Numbered from the stretch's first letter, positions 40,264 to 51,472 are shown. The stretch: 64,000 nucleotides of DNA from Methanosarcina sp. (GCA_049706495.1 JBNAKO010000030.1:40-64039); one strand, 5' to 3'. Translations and numbers: made by a program. Notes: generated by a model from the letters alone, not told the origin.

Positions 40264-41244
40264 TCAGAACATTCGGACCTGCTTGCCAAGCCCCTTACTT
40301 ACTGCCCTTTCATAGACCAGATGAGCGGTCGCAACATCCTGAATGGCAAGGCCTGTTGAGTCAAATATTGTGATCTCCTCTTCACTTGTCCTGCCTGGCT
40401 TCTGTCCGGTAATTACCTCTCCTAGCTGGGCGTGAATATCATTTTCCGAAATATAATGTTTGGAAAGGGGAACATTCACTTCTCCTGAGTGAAGAGCCTG
40501 CACCATATCATCAACGATTATCTTAGAACGGATTAACAGCTCAGGCTCAAGTTCTTCTTTTCCTACGGCATCTGCCCCAATCGCGTTTATATGCGTGCCT
40601 TCCTTAATCCACTGGGCTTTTACAATGGGTTTCCGTGTAGGAGTGGTTGTAACCAGAATATCGCAGTCACATACGGTTTCAATCTTTTCTTCGTAACGGA
40701 TTTCACAGGGTACAAGATCCTGCATAGTCCGGATGAATTCCTCACAACTTTCTTTTGTTCTGGACGTGATTTTCACAAGTTCAGGTTTAAAAACCTGGCA
40801 GAGGGCTTCAAGCTGGGTTCTCGCCTGGTTTCCCGCTCCAATTAACCCGAAGACCTTGGAATCTTTTCTTGCAAGATATTTTGCAGCAATTCCGCCTGAA
40901 GCTCCGGTTCTTATATCAGTAAGAAGGGTCCCGTCCATGATCGCTACAGGAGCCCCTGTTTCCGGAGAGATCAGTACTATCAGAGCCATTACGGTTGGAA
41001 GCCCTCGCGCTGGATTTCCAGGATGCACATTTACGATTTTCACACCTGTAATGTCTTCCTCTTCAAGATACGAGGGCATTGTCCTCAGATCTCCATTATA
41101 TGCAGTATAGTAAAGATAGGATTTTGGAGGCATCTGCACTTTTCCAAGCCCGTGCTGCCTGAAAGCTCTCTCCACTACCTGCATATCGGAACGCATATCA
41201 ATAACACTTTTTACTTCCTCTTGAGCCAGCCACAATACTTCCAT
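40264..41244 (-). CDS. ala: Alanine dehydrogenase (ornithine cyclodeaminase/mu-crystallin family)
   Basis: GDLRTMP, GVKIVNVHPGNP, TDIRTGA, IGAGNQA, HINAIGAD and FDSTGLAIQD motifs. Confidence 0.88.
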   Translation of the reverse strand: MEVLWLAQEEVKSVIDMRSDMQVVERAFRQHGLGKVQMPPKSYLYYTAYNGDLRTMPSYLEEEDITGVKIVNVHPGNPARGLPTVMALIVLISPETGAPVAIMDGTLLTDIRTGASGGIAAKYLARKDSKVFGLIGAGNQARTQLEALCQVFKPELVKITSRTKESCEEFIRTMQDLVPCEIRYEEKIETVCDCDILVTTTPTRKPIVKAQWIKEGTHINAIGADAVGKEELEPELLIRSKIIVDDMVQALHSGEVNVPLSKHYISENDIHAQLGEVITGQKPGRTSEEEITIFDSTGLAIQDVATAHLVYERAVSKGLGKQVRMF

Positions 41245-41475
41245 ATATAACCCTCCAGCCGGAGCGCAAATATTCCATTCCCACAGCTGAAAACCATAAA
41301 TCAATAAAACCAAAATAAAGATTACCTAGGCAAAAAAGGCTGCCTGAGCTTACAGATTATTATTTTTATTTGCGCAAATATGTATATATAACATGTATCT
41401 TCACTAATTTAAAGAACTCCCTTCCTAAAAGAAGACAGAATAGCAAGGAGATATACCGGGAGATATGTTGAAAAT

Positions 41476-42177
41476 ATGCCTGAAAACTCTTCTGATTTTC
41501 CTGAAGTTTCCCTGAAAGAAAAATTGCTCAGGCCTGCCAGAGACATTCGAAGTCTTCTGCGCTGGGGTTATCCAAAATTTGCAACTATCTGTTTTGTAGC
41601 CGATCATTTTCAACTCAGTTTAGAAGAGCGGCATATTCTTACAAGAATAATTATGGCTCCGGATAAAATAGTCTCAAGAATCAATAAAAAAGTGAACTGT
41701 AAAGATATAAAGGGTAGAGATTTGATTCTTGATGGATATAATGTTCTTCTGACTGTAGACAGCTTTTTAAAAAAAGAGCCCATGTGGTTCTGTGATGATA
41801 GCTATATAAGAGATACCCGATACTATTTCAGTAAAACAAAGCAGGCCGAAGACATCGAAGAGGCTATGGAAGAAGTCCTCACCTTTCTTTCTGAAAATCC
41901 TCCAAAATCAGTTATTTTCCTTTTTGATGCCCAGATCAGTAAAAGCGGAGAGCTTGCAGGGCTCTTAAGGCACGAATTAAAAAAATACAAGCTTTCAGGA
42001 GAAGCAAGAACCTCAAAAACTGCAGATTTCGAATTAAAAACCGAGGGAGGAAATAATGAAAAAAACCTGATTGTTGCAACTTCCGACGGGATTATTATTG
42101 ATTCGGTGCTGCAGGTACTGGATATTCCTGCATGCCTTATGGAAAAAAGGAGGATTGAGCCTGTAAGGCTTTATTAA
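41476..42177 (+). CDS. DUF434 domain protein (PIN/NYN-like)
   Basis: DIRSLLRWGYPK...FVADHFQL, LDGYNVL, FLFDAQISKSGELA and IVATSDGIII motifs. Confidence 0.85.
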   Translation: MPENSSDFPEVSLKEKLLRPARDIRSLLRWGYPKFATICFVADHFQLSLEERHILTRIIMAPDKIVSRINKKVNCKDIKGRDLILDGYNVLLTVDSFLKKEPMWFCDDSYIRDTRYYFSKTKQAEDIEEAMEEVLTFLSENPPKSVIFLFDAQISKSGELAGLLRHELKKYKLSGEARTSKTADFELKTEGGNNEKNLIVATSDGIIIDSVLQVLDIPACLMEKRRIEPVRLY

Positions 42178-42184
42178 GCTTGTA

Positions 42185-43234
42185 TCAGGCACTTCGTTTA
42201 AAGAATTCAGCCTGCCTGTATATTTCTTCAGCTTCCGTATCCAGCCCTTTTTCTTTTAACAGATCTCCATATCCGCAAAGGGTTCCAAAATGCTCCGGAT
42301 CAAGCTCAAGGGCTTTTTTATACTGCACTTCAGCCTCGTGCCTGTGCCCGAACCTGGCAAGCAGCTTTGCATACTCGCAGTGAGCTTCAACGTTTCCAGG
42401 TTTTAATTTCAGAGCATACCTGTAATGGAACCTTGCCCCATGCACAAATCCATGCTCTGCAAGCAAACGGGCGTAATATAAGTGAGGTTTCGGATTCTCA
42501 GGGTTTGCCTTCAGGGCAACAATATAATATTTTTCAGCTTCTAGAGGCTCCCCTTTTTCCTCAAGCAAACGGGCATAACGGAAATTTGATTCTATATGTT
42601 CGGGGTCGATTTCAAGGGCCCGCAAATAATGAAAGGTTGCTTCCGTTTTTTGCTCATTGTTAGAAAGTAAAAGGGCATACCTGCAATGTGTGTCTGTATT
42701 CCTTGGGTCCAGAATCAAAGCTTTTTTATACGCAGCTTCAGCTTCATCTATCCTGCTGAGCCTGTAAAGCAGACAGCCGTAATTACAGAGTGTATTAACA
42801 TGATAGGGATTTAATTCCAGAGTTTTTTCAAACTGCATCCTTGCAGCTTGAAGTTTTCCCAGTTTAGCCAGAGTAATTCCATATTCCGAAAGGGCTTCGA
42901 TATTTTCCGGATTTTCTTCCAGAATTTCTTCGAACTCCTGTATGGCACGCTCCTTATATTTTAGAAACAGGGCTGTTTTTCCAGCCTCCATTAAAGCTTT
43001 TTCCCGAACCTTTCCTGAAAACAGGGATGCACAGGCTCTGGAAATTACATATTTTTCTCTGTACATCTTATCTTTGCCAAAAATTGCAGCCAGATCCAGC
43101 AAGATGTCCTGAGAAAGTGAATGCTCATTTGAGAAGGAAATGACAAATTCAATGACCTGATTAAGATCACAATTATCTGCTGCAATCTGTTCTATTACGC
43201 GAAAAACCAGCTTATCTACAGCATCAATCTCCAT
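42185..43234 (-). CDS. Tetratricopeptide repeat protein
   Basis: About seven 34-aa repeats of the form Y(A/G)xLL...EAxxxYxKALxLxP. Confidence 0.92.
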   Translation of the reverse strand: MEIDAVDKLVFRVIEQIAADNCDLNQVIEFVISFSNEHSLSQDILLDLAAIFGKDKMYREKYVISRACASLFSGKVREKALMEAGKTALFLKYKERAIQEFEEILEENPENIEALSEYGITLAKLGKLQAARMQFEKTLELNPYHVNTLCNYGCLLYRLSRIDEAEAAYKKALILDPRNTDTHCRYALLLSNNEQKTEATFHYLRALEIDPEHIESNFRYARLLEEKGEPLEAEKYYIVALKANPENPKPHLYYARLLAEHGFVHGARFHYRYALKLKPGNVEAHCEYAKLLARFGHRHEAEVQYKKALELDPEHFGTLCGYGDLLKEKGLDTEAEEIYRQAEFFKRSA

Positions 43235-43824
43235 GTCTAATAACCTCCTAAAATTTGCCTGTAAAGTAGATCTATATTACTGTATATAAATAACTAGCTG
43301 TATTAGATTAAGAAACAAAATATAAAAAAGCCTGAAATAAATTAAAACCATATATAAATCATGAATAAAGGGATAAGAAATTTAAGGGATTTAAAAAATT
43401 TAAGAAGTCCAGAAAATCAAAGAAAAATTAAAAATTAAAATAATTGAGCTGTGGTATGTTAATTGAGATTAAAACTCAGGGCTATTAGAATGAAAATAAA
43501 TACATTGGAAAGGAAATAAATATATAGGAATAAAAATAGAAAAAGAAAAAAGGTCAAAAAATAATAAGTTAGATTTTATAAAAGAATTTGAAAAAATTGG
43601 TCGTGCATCATTAATTGGTTGATATTTCATCTTTGAATATACATAATTCACCTCTTCCTGCTTTCTAAGCTTATCTGCATGAAGGAAATTTAGTATGCAT
43701 AAAGCAAAGAGTGAAAGTAGAATGCGAATATGTCATACACCAGAAAATATCAACTGACTATTAGTGGACTACCAAAAAGTTAGAAAGAATTAAAATCCTA
43801 TAAATCAAACTTAATTTTTTTTTA

Positions 43825-44214
43825 TTAAGCCCTACCAACATGCAGGCTATATCTGGTTTCTACATCATACATACCTTGAAGGTCCTCTTCATTCAGAAAG
43901 CCCTTTTCAATCAATTTACTCATAGTTCTCCGGTCAACAGATTCAACAATGTCCCAGAGCTCTCTTTCCATAAGATAGGGTTTTAGCTTACTGATGCGCC
44001 AGAGTTTCCATTCCGCTTTTTGTCTTTTAAGTTCGACATTTCCTACTCTGAGCACATCAATGTCTTTCTCCTTAAACGTACTGAGAATACGCTCTCTTAA
44101 TTCTTCTCTTCTTTTTTCCAGAGCATATATTGCAGAAGCAATGTCCTCATATTCAAGCACAACATCAGTCAAATCCATATCTTCAGGATCTTGCTCACTA
44201 ATATCAAGTTCCAA
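43825..44214 (-). CDS. Hypothetical protein (acidic N terminus, coiled coil, mixed alpha/beta C terminus)
   Basis: 129-aa ORF with AAGG SD and protein-like composition. Confidence 0.75.
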   Translation of the reverse strand: MELDISEQDPEDMDLTDVVLEYEDIASAIYALEKRREELRERILSTFKEKDIDVLRVGNVELKRQKAEWKLWRISKLKPYLMERELWDIVESVDRRTMSKLIEKGFLNEEDLQGMYDVETRYSLHVGRA

Positions 44215-44410
44215 ACCTTACACCCCAACTATGCCTGATTTTATGTCTAACCTCATATCTAACCTAAATAACCCTATTTCAAAATATATTTTTTCGCTTT
44301 TAAAAGACTATGTATTGAATAATGTAAAATAGCGTATAATCTTAAATGGATTCGAAACATTATTCATAAAAATGGATTAAGCATAAGTAAAAAGGGGCAG
44401 GGGCCTTTAT

Positions 44411-45244
44411 ATGGTTTCAGATATTTCTGATAAAGACTCAGCAAAAAAAGAACTATATGTTCTTCTTCCCGATATTGATGATATTTTTGATGCAGAACCT
44501 GCAGTGCTTGAAATAAATACAGAGCCCACAATGCTGGTAGGCGATATTCATGGAGATCTTGAAGCCCTTGAATACATACTGAGAATGAAGCAGAAAATAG
44601 AATGCAAAAATATACTTTTTCTTGGAGATTATGTTGATAGAGGGCCGGATAGCACAGAGGTTCTTATAGAGCTTTTTAAATTAAAACTTCAAGATCCTGA
44701 GCATGTTTTTTTGCTCAGAGGAAACCATGAAACCGTGGATATGAATTTTTATTATGGTTTTTTCGAAGAAATCGGTTATGATCAGAATTTTCTCTCAAGA
44801 ATTAGCCGTACCTATGAAAAAATGCCAGTAGCTGCTGTCCTTTCAGGGCATACTTTTTGTGTACATGGAGGAATTAACGGGATAGAAAGTATAAAAGCCA
44901 TTGAAAAAGAGACAGCTTTTTCTTATTTATGGAATGATCCTTCGCAAAAACCGGGGCTTAGTGCCTCAAGAAGGGGTTCTACAGTAAAAGAATTCGGGCC
45001 TGATATTGTAGAGGGATTTTTAAGAATAAATAATCTGAAGAGAATTGTAAGAGGGCACAGGGCCCTTGAGACCGGATATAAATGGTGGTTTGACGAAAAA
45101 TTGCTTTCCCTTTTCTCCTGCCCCGATTATGTTGGGTTCGGAAATGCTGCTGCTTTTGCAGTTTTTGAAAAAGAAGATTTGAAAATCTTTGTTTTTGGGG
45201 ATAAAGAAGTTAACGGAAATCAGGCACTCAGATATGAACAGTAA
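44411..45244 (+). CDS. PPP-family Ser/Thr protein phosphatase (archaeal PP1-like)
   Basis: GDIHG, GDYVDRG, LRGNHE, CVHGG, LWNDP, RGH and SLFSCPDY (SAPNY equivalent) motifs. Confidence 0.93.
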   Translation: MVSDISDKDSAKKELYVLLPDIDDIFDAEPAVLEINTEPTMLVGDIHGDLEALEYILRMKQKIECKNILFLGDYVDRGPDSTEVLIELFKLKLQDPEHVFLLRGNHETVDMNFYYGFFEEIGYDQNFLSRISRTYEKMPVAAVLSGHTFCVHGGINGIESIKAIEKETAFSYLWNDPSQKPGLSASRRGSTVKEFGPDIVEGFLRINNLKRIVRGHRALETGYKWWFDEKLLSLFSCPDYVGFGNAAAFAVFEKEDLKIFVFGDKEVNGNQALRYEQ

Positions 45245-45620
45245 CTGAATTAAATAATATAATTTAACAAAGAATTTGACTTCCTTAATAAGATATAAAA
45301 AACGAAATTTCCTAATTGCCCCCACCATTGAGCTGTATCAAAATAGTTTCTTAATTAAGTCAAAATAGATATTTTTTAGTGAGCAATTAAACACTTAATT
45401 TAAAATACTTAATTTAAAATGTCTGATTTAAAATATCTAATTGAGATATCTAATTTAAAATATTTAGCTTAAGGAATTTTAAATTAAAGCGCTGAATTTA
45501 AAATTCATGACATGAAATAAGATAAAAAAGGAAATTGCCGGATATAGATGCCATAATTAAGGGAAATGAATTAAAAGCAAATTAAATATTAAACCCGGAA
45601 TGGATTTAATTCTCATAGAA

Positions 45621-46808
45621 TTAATCCATAATAATCCAGGTCTCGGTCATTTTACTTCCTATTTCCGGGTCAAGCTGCATGGCTTTCATGTATTCGATTT
45701 TAGCTTCATCAAAACGTCTCATTTTTCTCATGAGTAGGCCGTAATTGTAGTGCAGAGGAGGATAGTAAGGGTTTAAAGAAAGCGCTTTTTTATATTCAGT
45801 CTCGGCTTCAGAGAGACGGCCTATTTCAGAGAGGAGATTTCCATAGCTATAACGTGCTTCTGCACTTTCTGGGTCGAGATTTAAGGCTTTTTTGTATTCC
45901 ATTTCAGCTTCGTACCTTCTTCCGAAACGAGCAAGCAGGTTTGCATAATTGGAATGAACCTTTGCGTCATTAGGGTCAAGAGCAAGAGCTTCCATATATC
46001 TTGCTTCTGCTTCCGAAACCCTGCCTTCGCGGGCAAGAAGGTTTCCATAGTTAAAAAGGGTGCGCCTATGCCTGGGGTTAAGAGAGAGGGCTTTTCTGTA
46101 CTCAACTTCAGCTTCTGAAGAACGTCCAAGGAAAGATAGGAGAACTCCGCAATTATGGTGAAGGCTTGGGTCTTCCGGATCCAGTTCTATTGCAAGTTTG
46201 TATTGTTTCTCAGCATCCCTGAGCCTTCCAAGTTCAAAGAGCAGATTTGCATATCCTCCCCTGGCAGGAACATAGTCAGGATCAACAGCAAGAGCTTTTG
46301 AATAACAGGCTTCGGCATCCCTTATGTGTCCGTATTCTGCCAGGATATATGCGTAACCTGCATTTCCTTTTACATGCATTGGGGAGGTTTCAAGGACTCT
46401 TTTATATTCGGCCTCAGCTTCCTGAGTCTTTCCAAGTTCCAAAAGAAGTTCAGCATATGCGCATCTGCAATCTCCATTTTCCGGGTTTTGTTTCAGAACT
46501 TCAAGATAACTTGATTCTGCTTCTAAAGAGAAGCCCAGAACATGTGCTGCCGTGCCCAGGGCAAAACAGGCATCCTCGTGAAGTTTCCCGGAAGCCAATA
46601 TGTAGCAGGCTTTTGCAAAAACATATTCTTCCATATGCATTTTTTGGTGTTTGCATGCATTGCAAAGTTCAAGTAAGAACTTGGGGGAAAGTGAGTTCTT
46701 TCTTGTATATTCAAGGGCAAAATCAAGTGCAGAACATAGGTTTTTATGATCTGAACCTGTAACGCCAATAATCTTATAGATAAAATCATCAACTATATCG
46801 AATTCCAT
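45621..46808 (-). CDS. Tetratricopeptide repeat protein, paralog of 42185-43234
   Basis: About nine TPR units of the form NYGNLL...EAE.EYKKAL.L.P. Confidence 0.93.
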   Translation of the reverse strand: MEFDIVDDFIYKIIGVTGSDHKNLCSALDFALEYTRKNSLSPKFLLELCNACKHQKMHMEEYVFAKACYILASGKLHEDACFALGTAAHVLGFSLEAESSYLEVLKQNPENGDCRCAYAELLLELGKTQEAEAEYKRVLETSPMHVKGNAGYAYILAEYGHIRDAEACYSKALAVDPDYVPARGGYANLLFELGRLRDAEKQYKLAIELDPEDPSLHHNCGVLLSFLGRSSEAEVEYRKALSLNPRHRRTLFNYGNLLAREGRVSEAEARYMEALALDPNDAKVHSNYANLLARFGRRYEAEMEYKKALNLDPESAEARYSYGNLLSEIGRLSEAETEYKKALSLNPYYPPLHYNYGLLMRKMRRFDEAKIEYMKAMQLDPEIGSKMTETWIIMD

Positions 46809-47659
46809 ATATCCGGCACCTCAGCAAAATAACTTTTTCTTCTTGGGGGATAGGTGAAGCTCTCAGCAACATCCGGACTATATTTTTGCATTTTATAGAA
46901 TATATTAGTGTGTTAGTATTTCGTAAAGTGTAAACTATAAAGTTAAATTTTCAATAGTGCGTTAGATGTCGAATGTAATATTATAATCATCATATAACAG
47001 ACTATCCCTTTATATCATTAAATTAAAAAGATATGTCCATTCAAAGACAAAACTCCCCTATAAAAATATAGATTTAAACCTGATGAAATAGAAAAGCTAA
47101 ACTAAATGAAGGTATAAAGAATAAAGAAATATTTATAAAAAATAAGGGAAACAGCAATTTAATTTCAAAAAAAAACCATTAAATATCTTGAAATGAGCCC
47201 AATAAAACTCTTTCTGGAAATATAAGTAAATTAGTAGATTATAATTACCTATTCTTGACGGAAAAGAATCCTAAACATCTTAAATTAAAATTAAAACGTT
47301 AATAAGTGATTATAGATTAAACAAAACAATCTTAATTTCATTAAAGAAGATTAATCCGATTTTAAGTAGTTTTTAATAAAAATAAACAAGTAATATATTT
47401 ATTTTTGTTTTTAATACATTACATGGAAATTAATGACATTCAAATGTTTCAGTAATTCCTTAAATATAAAATAAATTTAAAAATCATTTTTTCTTTTTTC
47501 CGTTGAATTTTTGGACCTTGTGCTTATTTAATGCTGATTTTCGAGGTCTGGATCTATTTCTTCATTAACATTTATAAAGTTTTTATGTTTTCAGAAAATA
47601 TTGTATTTATAGATGTAAGTACCGGCCTATTGAACCCAAATAATCAAAATATTAAAAAT

Positions 47660-47830
47660 CTTAAAAATAATAGTAATAATGGTGATAAAAATAAAAGTAA
47701 AAATAAATATAATAATAAAATGATAAAAAAATATGAGAAGATGATAAAATGATAAGATGATAAAAATAAATATAATAATAATGATGAAAATAATAAAAAT
47801 GACAATAGCAATGATATAAGATTTAAAACA
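47660..47830. repeat. A-rich low-complexity tract of degenerate (A/G)ATAA(A/T) units
   Basis: gataaaaataaa / gataaaatgataagatgataaaaataaa runs. Confidence 0.6.
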
Positions 47831-48097
47831 GTATTTATATCAGAAAAATAAAATGATGAAAAGAGGAAAGAATAATAGATATAATTTGAAAATAAAGTAG
47901 CTTTCTCAGTAATTTTTGCTATATTTTCTGGAATCTCAAGCTGAAAGATTTCTCTAATTTTCTTTTGATCAAACGTGTTTTCTTACAACTGAAAAAGCTA
48001 AATTAATCAAAAAGTTCTTTTTTGCTCTTCTAAACCAGACTTCAATTCTAAAAAGAGATAACTTTTTTCAGATATCATTTATAACTTTTCTCAGATA

Positions 48098-48319
48098 TTA
48101 CTTATTTACAGATAATCCTAATACAAGTCCAATTGCTGCCCCCATTGACATGCCAAGCATAAAACCAGTAGTATACGAACCTATTAAAGGGCTAAGAACA
48201 AAATTTCCAAACAAGATACCCAGGGTTGCCCCGATCCCAATTCCAGGAGCCATCCATCTACCCTGAACATGTTTTCTTCTAACACTATTTATATTTTCCT
48301 TAGCTTTTTCCCCTGACAT
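48098..48319 (-). CDS. Small glycine-zipper membrane protein
   Basis: GIGIGATLGILFG and GMSMGAAIGLVLG GxxxG repeats. Confidence 0.75.
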   Translation of the reverse strand: MSGEKAKENINSVRRKHVQGRWMAPGIGIGATLGILFGNFVLSPLIGSYTTGFMLGMSMGAAIGLVLGLSVNK

Positions 48320-48797
48320 ATTTTATATTTCCTATTTTTTTCCATGTATTTGATTCGTTTTTATCTAATTTCAGGCCCTATTAGGCCCTATATTACTATT
48401 CTCTTTGTAGATAAATTAAATGTTTTGAAAGTAAATGCAAAAATAATATATTAGACGCTAGGATAGTTTTGAAATATTAAAAATTATTATTTGCAGTTAC
48501 TTTTATTGGAAACTTAGCTTTAATTAAGAATCATTTGTTTTTACAGGTTTATGAATTTTAACAGAGGTCTTATCTGAAAAACGAAGCATCAATATTAGCA
48601 ATACAAATAATCAAATAGATGAAGAAGCAGATATACAATATAAATATAGAATATGAGTTAAACCGGAATTCAATCAAAATTCAATCAAAATTCAATCAGA
48701 ATTAGAATTTGACCGGCTATTAGTTTAATTTGGATTTAAAAAGAAATTATGCAAGATTTAAGATATAAAAAGCAAAAGGGAACCTGAAGTTTTAAAA

Positions 48798-49211
48798 ATG
48801 ACCAGCACTTTTCTCAAACTCTTTTCTGTTTTCTTAATTGTTCCTATTATTGAGCTGTATCTACTTATTAAGCTAGGGGGAATAATTGGGGCCTTTAATA
48901 CTGTACTTATTATTTTGATAACTGCAAGTCTGGGAGCTTACCTGGCTAAAACTCAGGGTTTGCAGGTATTTCGTCAGATTCAGGAAACTATGAATCAGGG
49001 ACGTATTCCGGGAAATGAACTTTTGAGCGGGCTTTTTGTACTAATCGGGAGTTTTGCTCTTTTGACTCCTGGTTTTTTGAGTGATGCAATCGGAATATCC
49101 ATGTTAATTCCACAAACCCGGAAAATCTATGTAAGGCTAACAAAAGAAATTCTCAGAAAAAAAATAGAAAAAGGTCAGTTTCAAATGAGAATGTATACGA
49201 ATCTTAGATGA
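48798..49211 (+). CDS. fxsA: FxsA family membrane protein
   Basis: VPIIELYLLI...LGAYLAKTQG...LLTPGFLSDAIG motif. Confidence 0.92.
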   Translation: MTSTFLKLFSVFLIVPIIELYLLIKLGGIIGAFNTVLIILITASLGAYLAKTQGLQVFRQIQETMNQGRIPGNELLSGLFVLIGSFALLTPGFLSDAIGISMLIPQTRKIYVRLTKEILRKKIEKGQFQMRMYTNLR

Positions 49212-49344
49212 CCAAAAAGACAGCAACTATCGAGGATATAGTAATATTTGCCTGTAAATTTTAGAATTATAAAGCCTTATAACTCATAGCTTTACAATTT
49301 ATAGCTTTAAATTTACAACTTTACAACTTATAGCCCTATGAGTT

Positions 49345-50064
49345 TCAAAGATCGAATAGAAACTTAAAAAAATAAAGCAATAAGGGGACAAGAAAAACGG
49401 TAACGAGGCCAGCAATTCCTATGGCAAGCCCGCTCATTGCGCCTTCTGTTTCTCCAAGTTCTATTGCTCGTGTTGTTCCAAGCGCATGAGAGGCCGTACC
49501 AATTGCGACTCCAACCGCAACCTTATCTTTTATACCCAAAGAACGACAGATAAATGGGCCCAAAACTGCCCCTGTAATTCCAGTTATTACTATTGCAGCG
49601 ATCGTAATTGACGGAAGCCCTCCTATCTGCCTTGAGATTTCAATTCCTATCGGGGTAGTTACTGATTTAGGGACCAGGGACTTACTAATAATATTATCAA
49701 GCCCTAAAAAACTGGAGAGAATCAAAATACTTGAAATCCCTGCTATACAACCTGAAATTATACCTGCAAGAATTGAAAAGGCATTTTCCTTTAAAAGCCT
49801 CACTTTTTTATAAAGAGGAACTGCAAGTACGACTGTGGCAGGTCCGAGAAAAAAGGAAATATAATCTCCTCCAAGGTTATAAGTTTCAAAATTTATCCTG
49901 AAATAAAGAAGAAAACCCATTACGAGTATAATACCTACAAGGAGAGGATTAAAAACTGAAAACTGGAATCTTCTATAGATTAATACACCTATTTGGAATG
50001 CCAGTAAAGAAAGTAAAATCCCAAAAACGGGCGTGTTGAGCAATAATTCAAGTTTAAAAACCAT
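49345..50064 (-). CDS. lrgB: LrgB/CidB family membrane protein
   Basis: FLGPATVVLAVPLYK, PKSVTTPIG, GVAIGTASHALGT and EGAMSGLAI motifs. Confidence 0.94.
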   Translation of the reverse strand: MVFKLELLLNTPVFGILLSLLAFQIGVLIYRRFQFSVFNPLLVGIILVMGFLLYFRINFETYNLGGDYISFFLGPATVVLAVPLYKKVRLLKENAFSILAGIISGCIAGISSILILSSFLGLDNIISKSLVPKSVTTPIGIEISRQIGGLPSITIAAIVITGITGAVLGPFICRSLGIKDKVAVGVAIGTASHALGTTRAIELGETEGAMSGLAIGIAGLVTVFLVPLLLYFFKFLFDL

Positions 50065-50732
50065 AATAGATCCGTACTAATGATTAAATTGAATTTACGT
50101 TATTGAAATTCACATTATTGAGAAGCAACTGCCACTATTATGCAGCTAAATAATATAAATTCTTCTGAATAATGAAATCTTTCTTACAGGCAATTAAATT
50201 TTTCATGCAATGTCAAAAAATAAGGAAAATTGCCAGAATAAACTAAAAAGCTAAAAAGTCCAAATAAAATCTGGAGAAAAAGGCCGCTGATCAGCAAAAG
50301 CTTGAATTAACGTATCCGACATACTTAAAGCCACATCTGACCGGATATAAATCACATGCAATATTATGTTGCGCAGTTGTTAAAGTAAAGTTCTTAAAGT
50401 AATCAGCATCTGATTAGTACCTTATTATGAGATTAACCTGGAGAGCAACTGAACTAGATTATTTACCTTTTCAGGTAGCCAGTTTCTTCGCAAATAAAAA
50501 TTTGCCGGTTTATCATTTAACTTTCCTGCCAAATACCTAAAAATTAGCCTGAAATTAAGATTTTGTCCTGTATACAGCGTTTTTACCGGGAGCTGTGAGA
50601 AAGTTTTTTCTCTTTTCGAGATTTTACGTTTTGTAGTCGTAGACGTCATTCATTTGTGTATAGCGACGGTTTTCTGGCTGTTTGCTTATCTTAATAAACG
50701 ATAAGGTACTATAATAGATTGGAGTGATTCAT

Positions 50733-50942
50733 ATGCATAAATTTATGGAAATAGTGGGTTACATCTTAGCGATGATAGGATTTGCTTGCGTAGTAAGACA
50801 TCTTGCACACCAGGAAGAAGGCTGCGTAATGTGTAGTTTGACTGAAAAAATAAAAAGCGAAAAGGAAAAAATGCGTAAACCGCAAGGACAGGAACAAAGA
50901 GCAACTGGTTCAAGGTACGGTTCTAACCCGATCCAATATTAA
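50733..50942 (+). CDS. Small single-TM protein with CxxC
   Basis: GGAG SD, one TM helix, then HQEEGCVMC and a charged tail. Confidence 0.65.
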   Translation: MHKFMEIVGYILAMIGFACVVRHLAHQEEGCVMCSLTEKIKSEKEKMRKPQGQEQRATGSRYGSNPIQY

Positions 50943-50985
50943 TTATATATATTAAATTTATCTTTCTTTTTTTCTTTTTTATAAA

Positions 50986-51011
50986 ATTTTATTAAAAATT
51001 TTTAATAAAAT
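50986..51011. terminator. 26-bp perfect AT palindrome between convergent genes; possible bidirectional terminator
   Basis: attttattaaaaa/tttttaataaaat, next to a T-rich run at 50961-50980. Confidence 0.4.
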
Positions 51012-51109
51012 GATTTTCTAAATAAACTATTTTTGAGATTAATTCTTCAATAAAAAACAATTTCGTTATAAATGCCCAGAATTTCTTCTAGAACTTTTTT
51101 ACTAAGAGA

Positions 51110-51472
51110 TTATTGTATCTGCTGCTTTTTATCCATTAGTTTTTTAACAATCTGGACCGTGAGTCCGGTTACTCCCAGAGTTATTATTGTTGAAAGAAGT
51201 GAAACTCCAAGGATAGCAGGCCATTTGCCTTCCAGTAAAGCAAAAGAAGTGATAAGACTAACTCCTGCAGGAAGAAAGAAAAATGCTAAATTTTCAAGTA
51301 AGAAATCACTTATTTTGTCTATGGTTTTTAATTTAATTATTCCAGCATACAATCCCAAAAAAAGGATTATCATCCCAAGTACGTTACCTGGAATAGGTAT
51401 TCCTGAAATTTTTTGAATTATTTCTCCAAGAAAATATATGCTTAAAATAATTGAAAACTGCCTTAAAAGAAT
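51110..51472 (-). CDS. lrgA: CidA/LrgA holin-like protein
   Basis: LRQFSIIL...GE...PIPGNVLGM...LAFFFLPAGV motif. The start is uncertain: ATT at 51472 behind GGAGG, or TTG at 51535. Confidence 0.9.
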   Translation of the reverse strand: MLLRQFSIILSIYFLGEIIQKISGIPIPGNVLGMIILFLGLYAGIIKLKTIDKISDFLLENLAFFFLPAGVSLITSFALLEGKWPAILGVSLLSTIITLGVTGLTVQIVKKLMDKKQQIQ

